A DNA stretch of 63,006 nt, filler included. It is 6 parts of 6 records of this genome, joined end to end, with 100 filler letters (N's around TTAATTAATTAA, not from the genome) between each part and the next. Parts side by side here need not be neighbours in the genome. Positions count along the whole stretch, not along the records: positions 1 to 26,416 come from SRR20825010_2293; positions 26,517 to 45,987 come from SRR20825010_2306; 4 more parts are not named here. The stretch is one strand, 5' to 3'. The notes beneath the pieces are model-generated. The model was given only the letters and a program-made list of their open reading frames with translations, was not told the origin of the DNA and ran no database searches. A program made the position numbers and the translations under genes. This document shows positions 19,103 through 27,472 of this stretch, one piece after another (the first letter of the stretch is position 1; each line of letters begins with the position of its first letter).

Positions 19103-21259
19103 ATGAGATCTGGAGTTTTTATACTTATATGTTTGCTATTTGAGACGCTAGCTTCTCAAGAAAATAAGGTGGAGGGTTCTCTCTTTGACGCTCGCACTAA
19201 TCTCCCTGTAAACGGAGCATCAATAGAAATAGAAGATTCATTTCATAAAATACAATCTTTGGCAGATGGTTACTTCAGCTTAGAAAATATTTTAGCAGGA
19301 ACGTATGTATTAAAAATTACTAAAGAAGGTTATATTGATGGGACGCTATACGACGCATATTCAGTTTTTGGCGCTATAGGATATCAGCCTAATGCACAGC
19401 ACACGCTATACTTCACAGGGTTTTATACCCCCAATAGAAGAGGGAAGTCTTCTGCTGTAACAAATGAGGTTTTTGAATTAGTAGGTCGGAAATATAACCC
19501 CTATTGGGGAACTCAAGAGGGGGAGCGTAGAAATTCTAGAATACGAGAAATTGAAGAGCCTATTTTTATGTTTAATTATGAATATTTAGGCGATAAATTA
19601 AGCGTTAAGTTGGGTGCTGCTTATCAATTCGGGATCTTAACTAGTAGTCGTTTAGGGTATTACAATGCGCCGAGTCCTAATCCAGATTATTACCGCTATT
19701 TACCAAGCTTTTATATTAATAATCCTTCGGAGGCTAATTTTGAGAATGCCAACTTAGCAAAAGAAGGTTTTATAAATGATCCTCAAATACATTGGAATAG
19801 TTTATATAGTGCAAATCTTTCAGAAACAAATAATGGGAAAAGCTCTTATGTATTATATAATGATGCTACGGAAGAAAACTTGATATCCGTAAATATAAAT
19901 GCAAATTATACATTCAATGAGTTTTTTAAACTAGATACAGGTTTTAGGTATTTAAGTTCAAATTCTGAAAACTACGGGTTGTTAGCAGATTTATTGGGCG
20001 CGCAATTTCATGAAGATATCGATCCGTTTTCTAATACTAAAAATGATGCAAATGGTACTTTAAATAAAACTGAAGGCGATAGAATGGGGTATAACTATAA
20101 CATTGTTTCCAGTCAATATGAAGCTTTTTTGCAAGGGAATTTTCAGTTTGAAAAACTTGCCTTTTTTATTTCAGGTAAAACCTCAAATACCTCTTATCAA
20201 AGAGAAGGGTTGTTTTTAAATGAGCGATTTCCGTTAACTTCAGAAGGGAAAAGTGAAGCGTTGTCTTTTTCTAATTATGGAGTTAAAGCCGGATTTACAT
20301 TCAAATTAAATAACCGACATTCAATTAATGGGATGGGAGCATATATAACGAGCGCTCCAACTCTTCAAAATAGCTTTATTAATTCAAGAGAGAATAATAA
20401 AGTGGTGGATAGCTTACAGTCGGAAATTAGCACTTCGGCATCTTTCTCTTATCATTTAAACTTGCCAGAAATTACAATGCGACTAACAGGCTATTATACT
20501 GAATTTAAAAATGCCACTGATATTAATTATTTCTATGTAGATGCTGGGGTTGGGAGCGATTTTGTACAGGAGGTAGTTACCAATATTGAAAAATTACATT
20601 ATGGTGGAGAACTCGGGTTTGCCTACCAAGCTACTTCAGAAATTAAACTTTCTGCGGTGGCATCCTATGGAGATTATAGCTATTCCAAAAATGCAGAGGT
20701 AAGTATCAATTTTGATACGGTTGGCGCCGAGGATGATTTAATTAATTTGATAGGGACTTTAGATTTAGGAAAAACTAATATTAAAGATTATAAACTAGCT
20801 GTTGGACCGCAAAAAGCATATTCAATCGGGGTAGATTATAGGAGCAGTAAATATTGGTGGGTAGGAATAACTGGTAATTATTTGGCAGATAATTATATAG
20901 ATATTTCAGCAATTAAAAGAACCGAAAGTTTCTTGCAAAATCCAGAGGGAGGTACTTTTCCAAATGCTTCTGAAGAGCAAGTGGCTATGCTTTTAACTCA
21001 AGAACGATTAACCCCTATTTACTTATTAAATCTTACTGGAGGAAAATCGTGGCGTATTTACAAGAGATATGTAAGTCTGTTTGCCAGTATTAACAATGTT
21101 TTTGATGTTACTTATAAAAGCGGCGGATATGAGCAGAGTAGAAATGCAAATTTCGGACAAGCATTTATAGATGTGCAGCGCGGTGCTCCGCAGTTTGGAA
21201 ATAAGTATTGGTACGGCTACGGAAGAACCTATTTTGTAAACCTTGCAATAAGTTTTTAA
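19103..21259 (+). CDS. TonB-dependent receptor-like barrel protein, apparently lacking the plug domain
   Basis: Signal peptide and carboxypeptidase-like N-domain pass at KEGYIDGTLYDAYS directly into barrel-type sequence; ends YGRTYFVNLAISF; no plug motifs. Confidence 0.8.
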   Translation: MRSGVFILICLLFETLASQENKVEGSLFDARTNLPVNGASIEIEDSFHKIQSLADGYFSLENILAGTYVLKITKEGYIDGTLYDAYSVFGAIGYQPNAQHTLYFTGFYTPNRRGKSSAVTNEVFELVGRKYNPYWGTQEGERRNSRIREIEEPIFMFNYEYLGDKLSVKLGAAYQFGILTSSRLGYYNAPSPNPDYYRYLPSFYINNPSEANFENANLAKEGFINDPQIHWNSLYSANLSETNNGKSSYVLYNDATEENLISVNINANYTFNEFFKLDTGFRYLSSNSENYGLLADLLGAQFHEDIDPFSNTKNDANGTLNKTEGDRMGYNYNIVSSQYEAFLQGNFQFEKLAFFISGKTSNTSYQREGLFLNERFPLTSEGKSEALSFSNYGVKAGFTFKLNNRHSINGMGAYITSAPTLQNSFINSRENNKVVDSLQSEISTSASFSYHLNLPEITMRLTGYYTEFKNATDINYFYVDAGVGSDFVQEVVTNIEKLHYGGELGFAYQATSEIKLSAVASYGDYSYSKNAEVSINFDTVGAEDDLINLIGTLDLGKTNIKDYKLAVGPQKAYSIGVDYRSSKYWWVGITGNYLADNYIDISAIKRTESFLQNPEGGTFPNASEEQVAMLLTQERLTPIYLLNLTGGKSWRIYKRYVSLFASINNVFDVTYKSGGYEQSRNANFGQAFIDVQRGAPQFGNKYWYGYGRTYFVNLAISF

Positions 21260-21260
21260 G

Positions 21261-23942
21261 ATGCAAAATCTAAAGAGAATAATAGCTTTTAGTTCTTTTA
21301 TTAGCATTACTTTGATGCTGATTTTTGCGTGTGTAGCGGATGATGAGTACACGCCTCCAAAAGATAGTTGCATAGGAGAAATGCCTACCGTTAATATAAC
21401 TTTTGAAGCAGTAAAAGTACTTTATAAGGGAGAAGTTTTACAAATTCAAGAGGAACTTATTATTGAAGGATATATAAACTCTTCAGATCTGACTGGAAAT
21501 TTCTTCGGAAGTATACATTTTCAAAACCATCAAAGCAATCCAACGCAAGGTTTTCAGTTAGAACTGGATCTACAGGATTTATATTTGTTTTATCCTATGG
21601 GTCAAAAAATATACCTCAATTTAAAAGGACTCTATTTAGATAACAATAAAGGGACATTTAAACTGGGTGGAACCTTTTCGGCTTTCGGAAATTTATCTGT
21701 AGGGAGGTTGCCAGCTACAAAAATTAACGAGCATATTTTAGTTTCCTGTGATGCTGTTTCGGTAATTACTCCAAAGAAATATTTAATTTCAGAATTAGAT
21801 TCTACCATGGTAAACACCTTGGTAACCTTGCAAAATGTAGAGCTAACTCCCGCTAGCTTATGCAGTACCTATGCTGAACCTCAAAAAGCTAAAACGCATA
21901 TTTTAAAAGATTGCGAAGGCAATGAAGTATTTATGGAGAATAGCGGATTTGCAGATTTTCAAGCCGCATTATTGCCTCTTGGAAATGGAACTATTACAGG
22001 GGTTTTAACAAGAAATCAAAACAATTATATCCTTACCGTTAGAGATTTAGAGGATGTTAAAATGAATAATGTACGCTGTAGAGGTATTGAATATTATTGT
22101 GAAACGCCTATAGCAAATACCACTATCCAATCCATTAAAGAAATGTATAAAGAAACCTCAATAACATTAAAAGAGTCTTTGGTTATTAAGGGTGTAATTA
22201 CTGCTAATGATAGTTCGGGGAATTTTTATAAGGAAATATATGTACAAGATGAGTCGGGTGGAATTAATATTAAAATTGAGGAAATAGCTCTTTTTGAAAC
22301 TTTTCAATTGAATCATGAAATAACTATTGCGGTTAATGGAATAACACTTCATAAGGTAGATGGAGAATTTGTTTTAGGGGTTTTGAAGGACGATGCGTTT
22401 TCTGGCATTCAAGAGGAAGATTTTTATCGCTTTTTTTATCTAGGAGAAGAGACGCAGCATGTAACTCCAAAAGCTATTGAAATAAATGCTATTTCAGAAA
22501 AAGACCTTGGGAGCTTGGTGGCTATTGCTTCGGTGCAATTTATAAAAGAGTCAACTTTTGTAGTTAGTAATAAGGACACTAAAAGCGCAGTAACCGATTG
22601 TTTTGCAAATGAAATCTTTGTTTCTACTTCTAGAAGATTTAAAAATGGAGATTCGCTTCTACCTCAAGAAAATGGAATCATTATTGGTATTTTACAATAT
22701 GATAAAAAGTATCAATTACGCATCCGAAGTCTAGAGGATGTTTTACAAATGAATACCGAAAGGTGTAATGTATTACAAAACGCTACCGAAATTAGTCTGG
22801 AAACTTTATTAATGGGGTTTGGAGAGACTTCCGAAGAGATAGTAGAAAACATAAAAATTAGAGGGATAATTACCTCCAATTATTCAACATTAAACCTTGA
22901 AGAAACTAAGGCTATAATGCAAAGTGGAGATGTTGGAATTGAATTGGAGTTTGATGCTCCGCATCAATTAAAGGTAAATTCTAAAATAGAAATTGCTTTA
23001 CGAGGTTTGCGTATAAAAAAGAATAAAAATGGATTCTTGCTAACAAAGATTACTTCGGAACATATTTTAAGTAGTGTTGATGGAAATACAATTCAGCCAG
23101 AAATAATAGGCTTAGAGGCGTTTTTAACGGGGAACTATCAAAATAAATTAGTACAAATAAATAATTTTCAGTTTAAAGATCTTAATTCAACTTACGGAGG
23201 AGAAAATGAATTGACTAACTGTGAGGATCAATTTATTATTTCCATTTCAAAAACAGCTACTTTTTCCAATGCCTCGGTGGTAAAAGGTCGTGGAAATGTA
23301 GTAGGAATTCCCTTTGGCAACAATTTATATGTTAGAGATGCAATGGATTTTCAGTTTACAGATAGTTACGAAGATTGTTCGTTAAAAAACACGAGTACTA
23401 GTATTTTAATTTCAGAAATAGCCGACCCAGATAATAGTAACACTACCACAAATATGCGATTTATAGAACTTTTTAATGCAGGTAGTGAGCCTGTTAGTTT
23501 GTCGGGCTGGAGCTTACGTAGGTATACAAATTCTAATACCGAATTTACCGCAAGAAGTGTTATTGATTTAACAGGATATACTATGGCGCCCTTAAGTGCT
23601 TTTGTAATTGCGGCAGATGCGCTCTCTTTTGAAGTGGTTTATGGTTTTCCGCCAGATTTAGAAGGGGGTACTGGCGGTGCAGCAGATTCTAATGGTGATG
23701 ATACTATGCATCTGGTAGATGGAAATGGGAAGGTGGTAGATGTATTTGGTGTTCCTGGAGAGGATGGCTCGGGCACCAATCACGAATTTGAAGATGGACG
23801 TGCTGTACGAAATACTACAGTTGTTAAAAATAATACGGACTATACATTTTCCGAATGGACCATTTATAATGATACTGGAGCCGATGGAACTATAAATGAA
23901 CCTAAAACAGCACCTCAAGAATTTAACCCCAAAACCCGATAA
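21261..23942 (+). CDS. Surface lipoprotein with three DUF5689-like repeats and a C-terminal lamin-tail domain
   Basis: Lipobox IFAC followed by acidic VADDEY; repeats IIEGYINSSD.GNF, VIKGVITAND.GNF, IRGIITSN; LTD motifs ILISEIADP, RFIELFNAG..VSLSGWSL, NGDD. Confidence 0.8.
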   Translation: MQNLKRIIAFSSFISITLMLIFACVADDEYTPPKDSCIGEMPTVNITFEAVKVLYKGEVLQIQEELIIEGYINSSDLTGNFFGSIHFQNHQSNPTQGFQLELDLQDLYLFYPMGQKIYLNLKGLYLDNNKGTFKLGGTFSAFGNLSVGRLPATKINEHILVSCDAVSVITPKKYLISELDSTMVNTLVTLQNVELTPASLCSTYAEPQKAKTHILKDCEGNEVFMENSGFADFQAALLPLGNGTITGVLTRNQNNYILTVRDLEDVKMNNVRCRGIEYYCETPIANTTIQSIKEMYKETSITLKESLVIKGVITANDSSGNFYKEIYVQDESGGINIKIEEIALFETFQLNHEITIAVNGITLHKVDGEFVLGVLKDDAFSGIQEEDFYRFFYLGEETQHVTPKAIEINAISEKDLGSLVAIASVQFIKESTFVVSNKDTKSAVTDCFANEIFVSTSRRFKNGDSLLPQENGIIIGILQYDKKYQLRIRSLEDVLQMNTERCNVLQNATEISLETLLMGFGETSEEIVENIKIRGIITSNYSTLNLEETKAIMQSGDVGIELEFDAPHQLKVNSKIEIALRGLRIKKNKNGFLLTKITSEHILSSVDGNTIQPEIIGLEAFLTGNYQNKLVQINNFQFKDLNSTYGGENELTNCEDQFIISISKTATFSNASVVKGRGNVVGIPFGNNLYVRDAMDFQFTDSYEDCSLKNTSTSILISEIADPDNSNTTTNMRFIELFNAGSEPVSLSGWSLRRYTNSNTEFTARSVIDLTGYTMAPLSAFVIAADALSFEVVYGFPPDLEGGTGGAADSNGDDTMHLVDGNGKVVDVFGVPGEDGSGTNHEFEDGRAVRNTTVVKNNTDYTFSEWTIYNDTGADGTINEPKTAPQEFNPKTR

Positions 23943-23995
23943 AATAGGATTTCAAAATTAATGATGTAAAATAGTAACCCTGTAAATAGTAAATT

Positions 23996-24682
23996 ATGAG
24001 CAAAGAGAATTATGAAACTAAGTTTAGCTTATTAAAAAGCATACCATTGGAAGAGGTAAAGAGAATAAACATGCCAGTAGATAGTTATTTGCAAGAGGCG
24101 GAGGACTTATATGTTTGGGCGCAAGAAGATAAAAGAGCGTTGGAAGCTGTGGGCTTGAATTGGATAATTTATATGGAAGATTTACCAGTTCGAGCAGGAG
24201 CACTTAGGCATGCACAATCTCTTTGGGTAAGCGAGCGCTATGGAAGAGAGGAAGCACGCAAGGAATGGGACTTACGGTCGCCAGACGCTTATGCCTTAAG
24301 AGAAGAGTTGTTAAATGCTTTTCGGTTTGCTTTTAGAGAACGAGAAGACCTATTAAGTCGTACCCAAGAGATTAGCACGGGTTTTGGACATGCAGATATG
24401 ATTCAGGATTTAAGTGATCTAGCTTCTTTAGGGAATAAAAACCCTCAGGAATTAGAGAAAATTATGTTTGATATGGAACAGTTAACTACCGCCGAAACTA
24501 CCGCAGCTACTATGGCAGATTTACTTGCTAGAGCTAATGAAACTAGGACAGATAATAGTGCAGAAAAGCTAATTATCCCTGCGGGAAGGGTGACAATGTG
24601 TGCAGGAGATCATAAAAGCTCCTCGGGAGCGGTAACTACCCCGGTAGGAGCTTCTTTTTTTACGGAGGAACGATTTTTCTAA
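23996..24682 (+). CDS. Hypothetical helical protein, C-terminus possibly truncated or read-through
   Basis: 228-aa ORF; last ~37 codons are atypical and run across a terminator-like hairpin. Confidence 0.6.
   Translation: MSKENYETKFSLLKSIPLEEVKRINMPVDSYLQEAEDLYVWAQEDKRALEAVGLNWIIYMEDLPVRAGALRHAQSLWVSERYGREEARKEWDLRSPDAYALREELLNAFRFAFREREDLLSRTQEISTGFGHADMIQDLSDLASLGNKNPQELEKIMFDMEQLTTAETTAATMADLLARANETRTDNSAEKLIIPAGRVTMCAGDHKSSSGAVTTPVGASFFTEERFF
24616..24661 (+). terminator. Terminator-like hairpin inside the 3' end of ORF 23996-24682
   Basis: aagctcct-cggg...cccg-gt-aggagctt followed by cttttttt. Confidence 0.6.
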
Positions 24683-24777
24683 ATGAAGGATTTAGGTTTT
24701 TGGAGGTTTTGCGCTTATTTTCTATACATATAAATATTATGCTTATCCTAACGCAACCAAAAAGAAATAGGTTGTAT

Positions 24778-24835
24778 ATGTACGTTTAATTTACGTACTG
24801 TATTTTGCGAAGTACGTAAAATGAACGTACATTTG
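24778..24835 (+). promoter_or_regulatory. TA operon promoter overlapped by a 22-bp inverted-repeat operator
   Basis: Arms 24778-24799 and 24811-24832 (20/22 complementary); TTTG 24804-24807, 20 nt, TACATTTG 24828-24835. Confidence 0.8.
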
Positions 24836-24846
24836 TATAAAAGAAT

Positions 24847-25137
24847 GTGATGGCAACAGAAAAAAAAAATACTAAAAACGCAAGATTTGATACTCGTCTT
24901 CCTAAAGAACAAAAATTATTTTTTGAGAGAGCAGCTAGATTAGGAGGTTATAGAAATTTAACTGATTTTGTAGTTATAGCAGTTCAAGAAAAGGCTAAAG
25001 AGATAATATCGGAAAGAGAACGGGTAGTTGCTTCTCAAAAAGATAGTGAACTGTTTTTTGAAGCTGTATTAAATCCTAAAACACCAAACAAAGATCTTTC
25101 TAAAGCTGCGGATGAATTTAAAGCTCTTTTCACTTGA
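24847..25137 (+). CDS. DUF1778 family RHH antitoxin (TacA/AtaR-like)
   Basis: ARFDTRL..EQK..ERAA..LTDFV; C-terminal FFEAVLNP..PNKDL..A; overlaps the GNAT gene. Confidence 0.9.
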   Translation: MMATEKKNTKNARFDTRLPKEQKLFFERAARLGGYRNLTDFVVIAVQEKAKEIISERERVVASQKDSELFFEAVLNPKTPNKDLSKAADEFKALFT

Positions 25138-25637
25138 TGAGTCAATTATCAGAACCTTTAAATTCTAAACATAAAAAATCTGAGTTTTCTTGTGGAAAGG
25201 AAATGTTAGACACTTACATTCAAAAACAAGCAAATCAAGATGTTAAAAGAAAGCTTTCTGTTTGTTTTGTAATTAACGAAATAGAAACTAATCTAATTAA
25301 AGGTTATTATACGTTGTCAAATACTAGCGTTTCTTCAGATTTTATTCCAAATCAAATACGGAATAAACTACCAAAGGCTTATAATTCAATCCCTGCAACT
25401 TTACTTGGAAGGCTAGCAATTGACAATAGATTTCAAGGGCAAGGAATTGGGAAGTATCTATTAATAGATGCCTTAAAGAGAAGTTACGAAATATCTAAAA
25501 CTATTGCATCGTTTGCTGTGGTTGTTGACCCAATTGACCAAGATGCGGAAAATTTTTATAACAAGTATGGTTTTATAAAACTTCCAGATAGTGGAAAAAT
25601 GTTTTTACCAATGAAAACGATTAGTCAATTATTTTAA
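25134..25637 (+). CDS. GNAT acetyltransferase toxin (TacT/AtaT-like)
   Basis: FSCG..LD.Y, GYYTL, PATLLGRLAID..FQGQGIG..LL.DA, VVDP, FY.KYGF. Confidence 0.9.
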   Translation: MMSQLSEPLNSKHKKSEFSCGKEMLDTYIQKQANQDVKRKLSVCFVINEIETNLIKGYYTLSNTSVSSDFIPNQIRNKLPKAYNSIPATLLGRLAIDNRFQGQGIGKYLLIDALKRSYEISKTIASFAVVVDPIDQDAENFYNKYGFIKLPDSGKMFLPMKTISQLF

Positions 25638-25711
25638 TAAAATACAAAGACAGATAAATTTGGTAAACAAAAAGTAGTTTTCTTAAACACTAATTTTATT
25701 AAAATTAAAAA

Positions 25712-26164
25712 ATGACCAAACGTACCAAATTATTTCTATTTTATTTCCTACTTCTTTTGGTTTCATGTTACCTTTTTTTATCAGGAGTACTTAATTTAAG
25801 TCGTACTTTTTTAGGATTGGAAGTTCCAATAGGGAGTTTGTTGGCCTGGAGTATTCTTATTTTTTTACCAACCGTAATTTTCTACGGAAATAAGAGTATT
25901 TATAATCCAGTTAGGAAGTTTCATTTTTATTACCGTAATATTCTCTACTTCATTATAGCATTAGCCGTTTTATGGTTGTTTATTGGTTATGGATTTGCTG
26001 GAAATTGGCAGTTTAATTTTAAAGAGCAAGAGGTATTTGTAGGGAGTAGTAGAGCCGCCGCTTGTTTTTTGTATTTAACTATTGGAATTGTGGTGATACC
26101 AGTACTTACAGGAATTGCCTTACGGATTCATACTATTGTAATTGGAATTTTAAATCCTTCATAG
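25712..26164 (+). CDS. Hypothetical membrane protein
   Basis: 150-aa ORF with about four hydrophobic segments. Confidence 0.6.
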   Translation: MTKRTKLFLFYFLLLLVSCYLFLSGVLNLSRTFLGLEVPIGSLLAWSILIFLPTVIFYGNKSIYNPVRKFHFYYRNILYFIIALAVLWLFIGYGFAGNWQFNFKEQEVFVGSSRAAACFLYLTIGIVVIPVLTGIALRIHTIVIGILNPS

Positions 26165-26416
26165 AGGGTTTTATTCCCAAAGCTTCCTGAGTTTATCGAA
26201 AGGTTCTACGTCGAAAAGGATTCAATTTATTTCCTTTGAATACCTCGAGGTAGTTGCTTATCTATAGCATGCTACAAATAAACATTGCGTTGAAAGTAGT
26301 TAAAGGTTATCTGGATTAGTGCTTTTTTCAATTATAATTTAATACTATTGTTGTCCGATAAAGGTTAACGGAATTTATTGGACTCTACTTATATCAAGGT
26401 TTAAATGAGGTTTTCA

Positions 26417-26516
26417 NNNNNNNNNNNNNNNNNNNNNNNNNNNNNNNNNNNNNNNNNNNNTTAATTAATTAANNNNNNNNNNNNNNNNNNNNNNNNNNNN
26501 NNNNNNNNNNNNNNNN
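26417..26516. other. Artificial contig linker
   Basis: N44-TTAATTAATTAA-N44; abrupt GC shift across it. Confidence 0.99.
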
Positions 26517-27248
26517 CTGTTTCTGGACGAGATCGGCGACATGCCGTTGAACATGCAGGTCAAGATTCTGCGGGTTCTGCAGGAACGCACTTATGAGCGT
26601 GTTGGCAGTAACCGGACTCAGTCAGCCGACGTCAGGGTCATTGCCGCGACTCATAAACATCTCGAAGACATGATTGAAACGGGCGATTTCCGTGAAGATC
26701 TCTATTACCGCCTGAACGTTTTCCCCATTGAAATGCCAGCTTTACGTGACCGGGTGGAAGACATTCCGCTGTTGATCAATGAATTGATTTCGCGGATGGA
26801 GAAAGAAAAGCGCGGCTCCCTCAGGCTGAACTCGGCGGCGATCATGAGTCTTTGCCGCCACGACTGGCCCGGGAATGTTCGCGAACTGGCGAATCTGGTG
26901 GAGCGGTTGGCGATTATGCACCCCTACGGTGTCATTGGGGTTCAGGAGTTGCCCAAGAAGTTCCGTTACGTGGACGATTACGACGAGAACCGGCCAGTGG
27001 AAGACTCCGGTATGCCCTCTGGCATTCCCGGGCTGGTGGGGCTGGATGCGCCGGCTCTGCTGCCGGTGAACGGCATCGACCTGAAGGACTACCTGTCCAA
27101 TCTTGAAAGGCAGTTGATTCAGCAGGCGCTGGATGAAGCCGGGGGAGTAGTGGCCCGGGCAGCCGAAAAGCTTCGGATTCGTCGGACGACGCTGGTTGAG
27201 AAGGTCCGGAAGTATGGACTTCGGGATGAGGAGTCCGAGGAGAGCTGA
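26517..27248 (+). CDS. fleQ: Sigma54-dependent flagellar master regulator, 5' truncated by contig edge
   Basis: LFLDEIGDM, FREDLYYRLNVFP, WPGNVREL, Fis-type HTH; upstream of fleSR. Confidence 0.9.
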   Translation: MFLDEIGDMPLNMQVKILRVLQERTYERVGSNRTQSADVRVIAATHKHLEDMIETGDFREDLYYRLNVFPIEMPALRDRVEDIPLLINELISRMEKEKRGSLRLNSAAIMSLCRHDWPGNVRELANLVERLAIMHPYGVIGVQELPKKFRYVDDYDENRPVEDSGMPSGIPGLVGLDAPALLPVNGIDLKDYLSNLERQLIQQALDEAGGVVARAAEKLRIRRTTLVEKVRKYGLRDEESEES

Positions 27249-27273
27249 TCAATCCCCCAAAAAACTGGTTTCT

Positions 27274-27317
27274 GATGGCGTCAAAGGTTCGTAACCTTCG
27301 GCGCCATCGCTGTTTTT
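27274..27317 (+). terminator. Hairpin after fleQ
   Basis: gatggcg..aaggtt-cgt-aacctt..cgccatc then gctgttttt. Confidence 0.5.
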
Positions 27318-27389
27318 AGGCGACGGAAACCCGTCGTATACCTTTCCTCTGTTTTTCCTTCCTGTTGAAAAATAAACAAAATTTAAAGT

Positions 27390-27405
27390 TGGCACAGTGC
27401 TGGCT
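27390..27405 (+). promoter_or_regulatory. Sigma54 -24/-12 promoter of fleSR
   Basis: TGGCAC-AGTGC-TGGCT; GG-N10-GC. Confidence 0.65.
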
Positions 27406-27472
27406 TAGTCTCGTCCAAACGATCCATCCGATTGGTACGGGCCGGGGGTTAGTCCGGTCAGAGGGCGAGTTT

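Noticed and set aside
27365-27472. Upstream extensions in the ORF track for fleS (also fliL, fliM, fliI, DUF1501, YgjP)
   Set aside because: They overlap promoters or neighbouring genes or lack RBS support; downstream ATGs fit better
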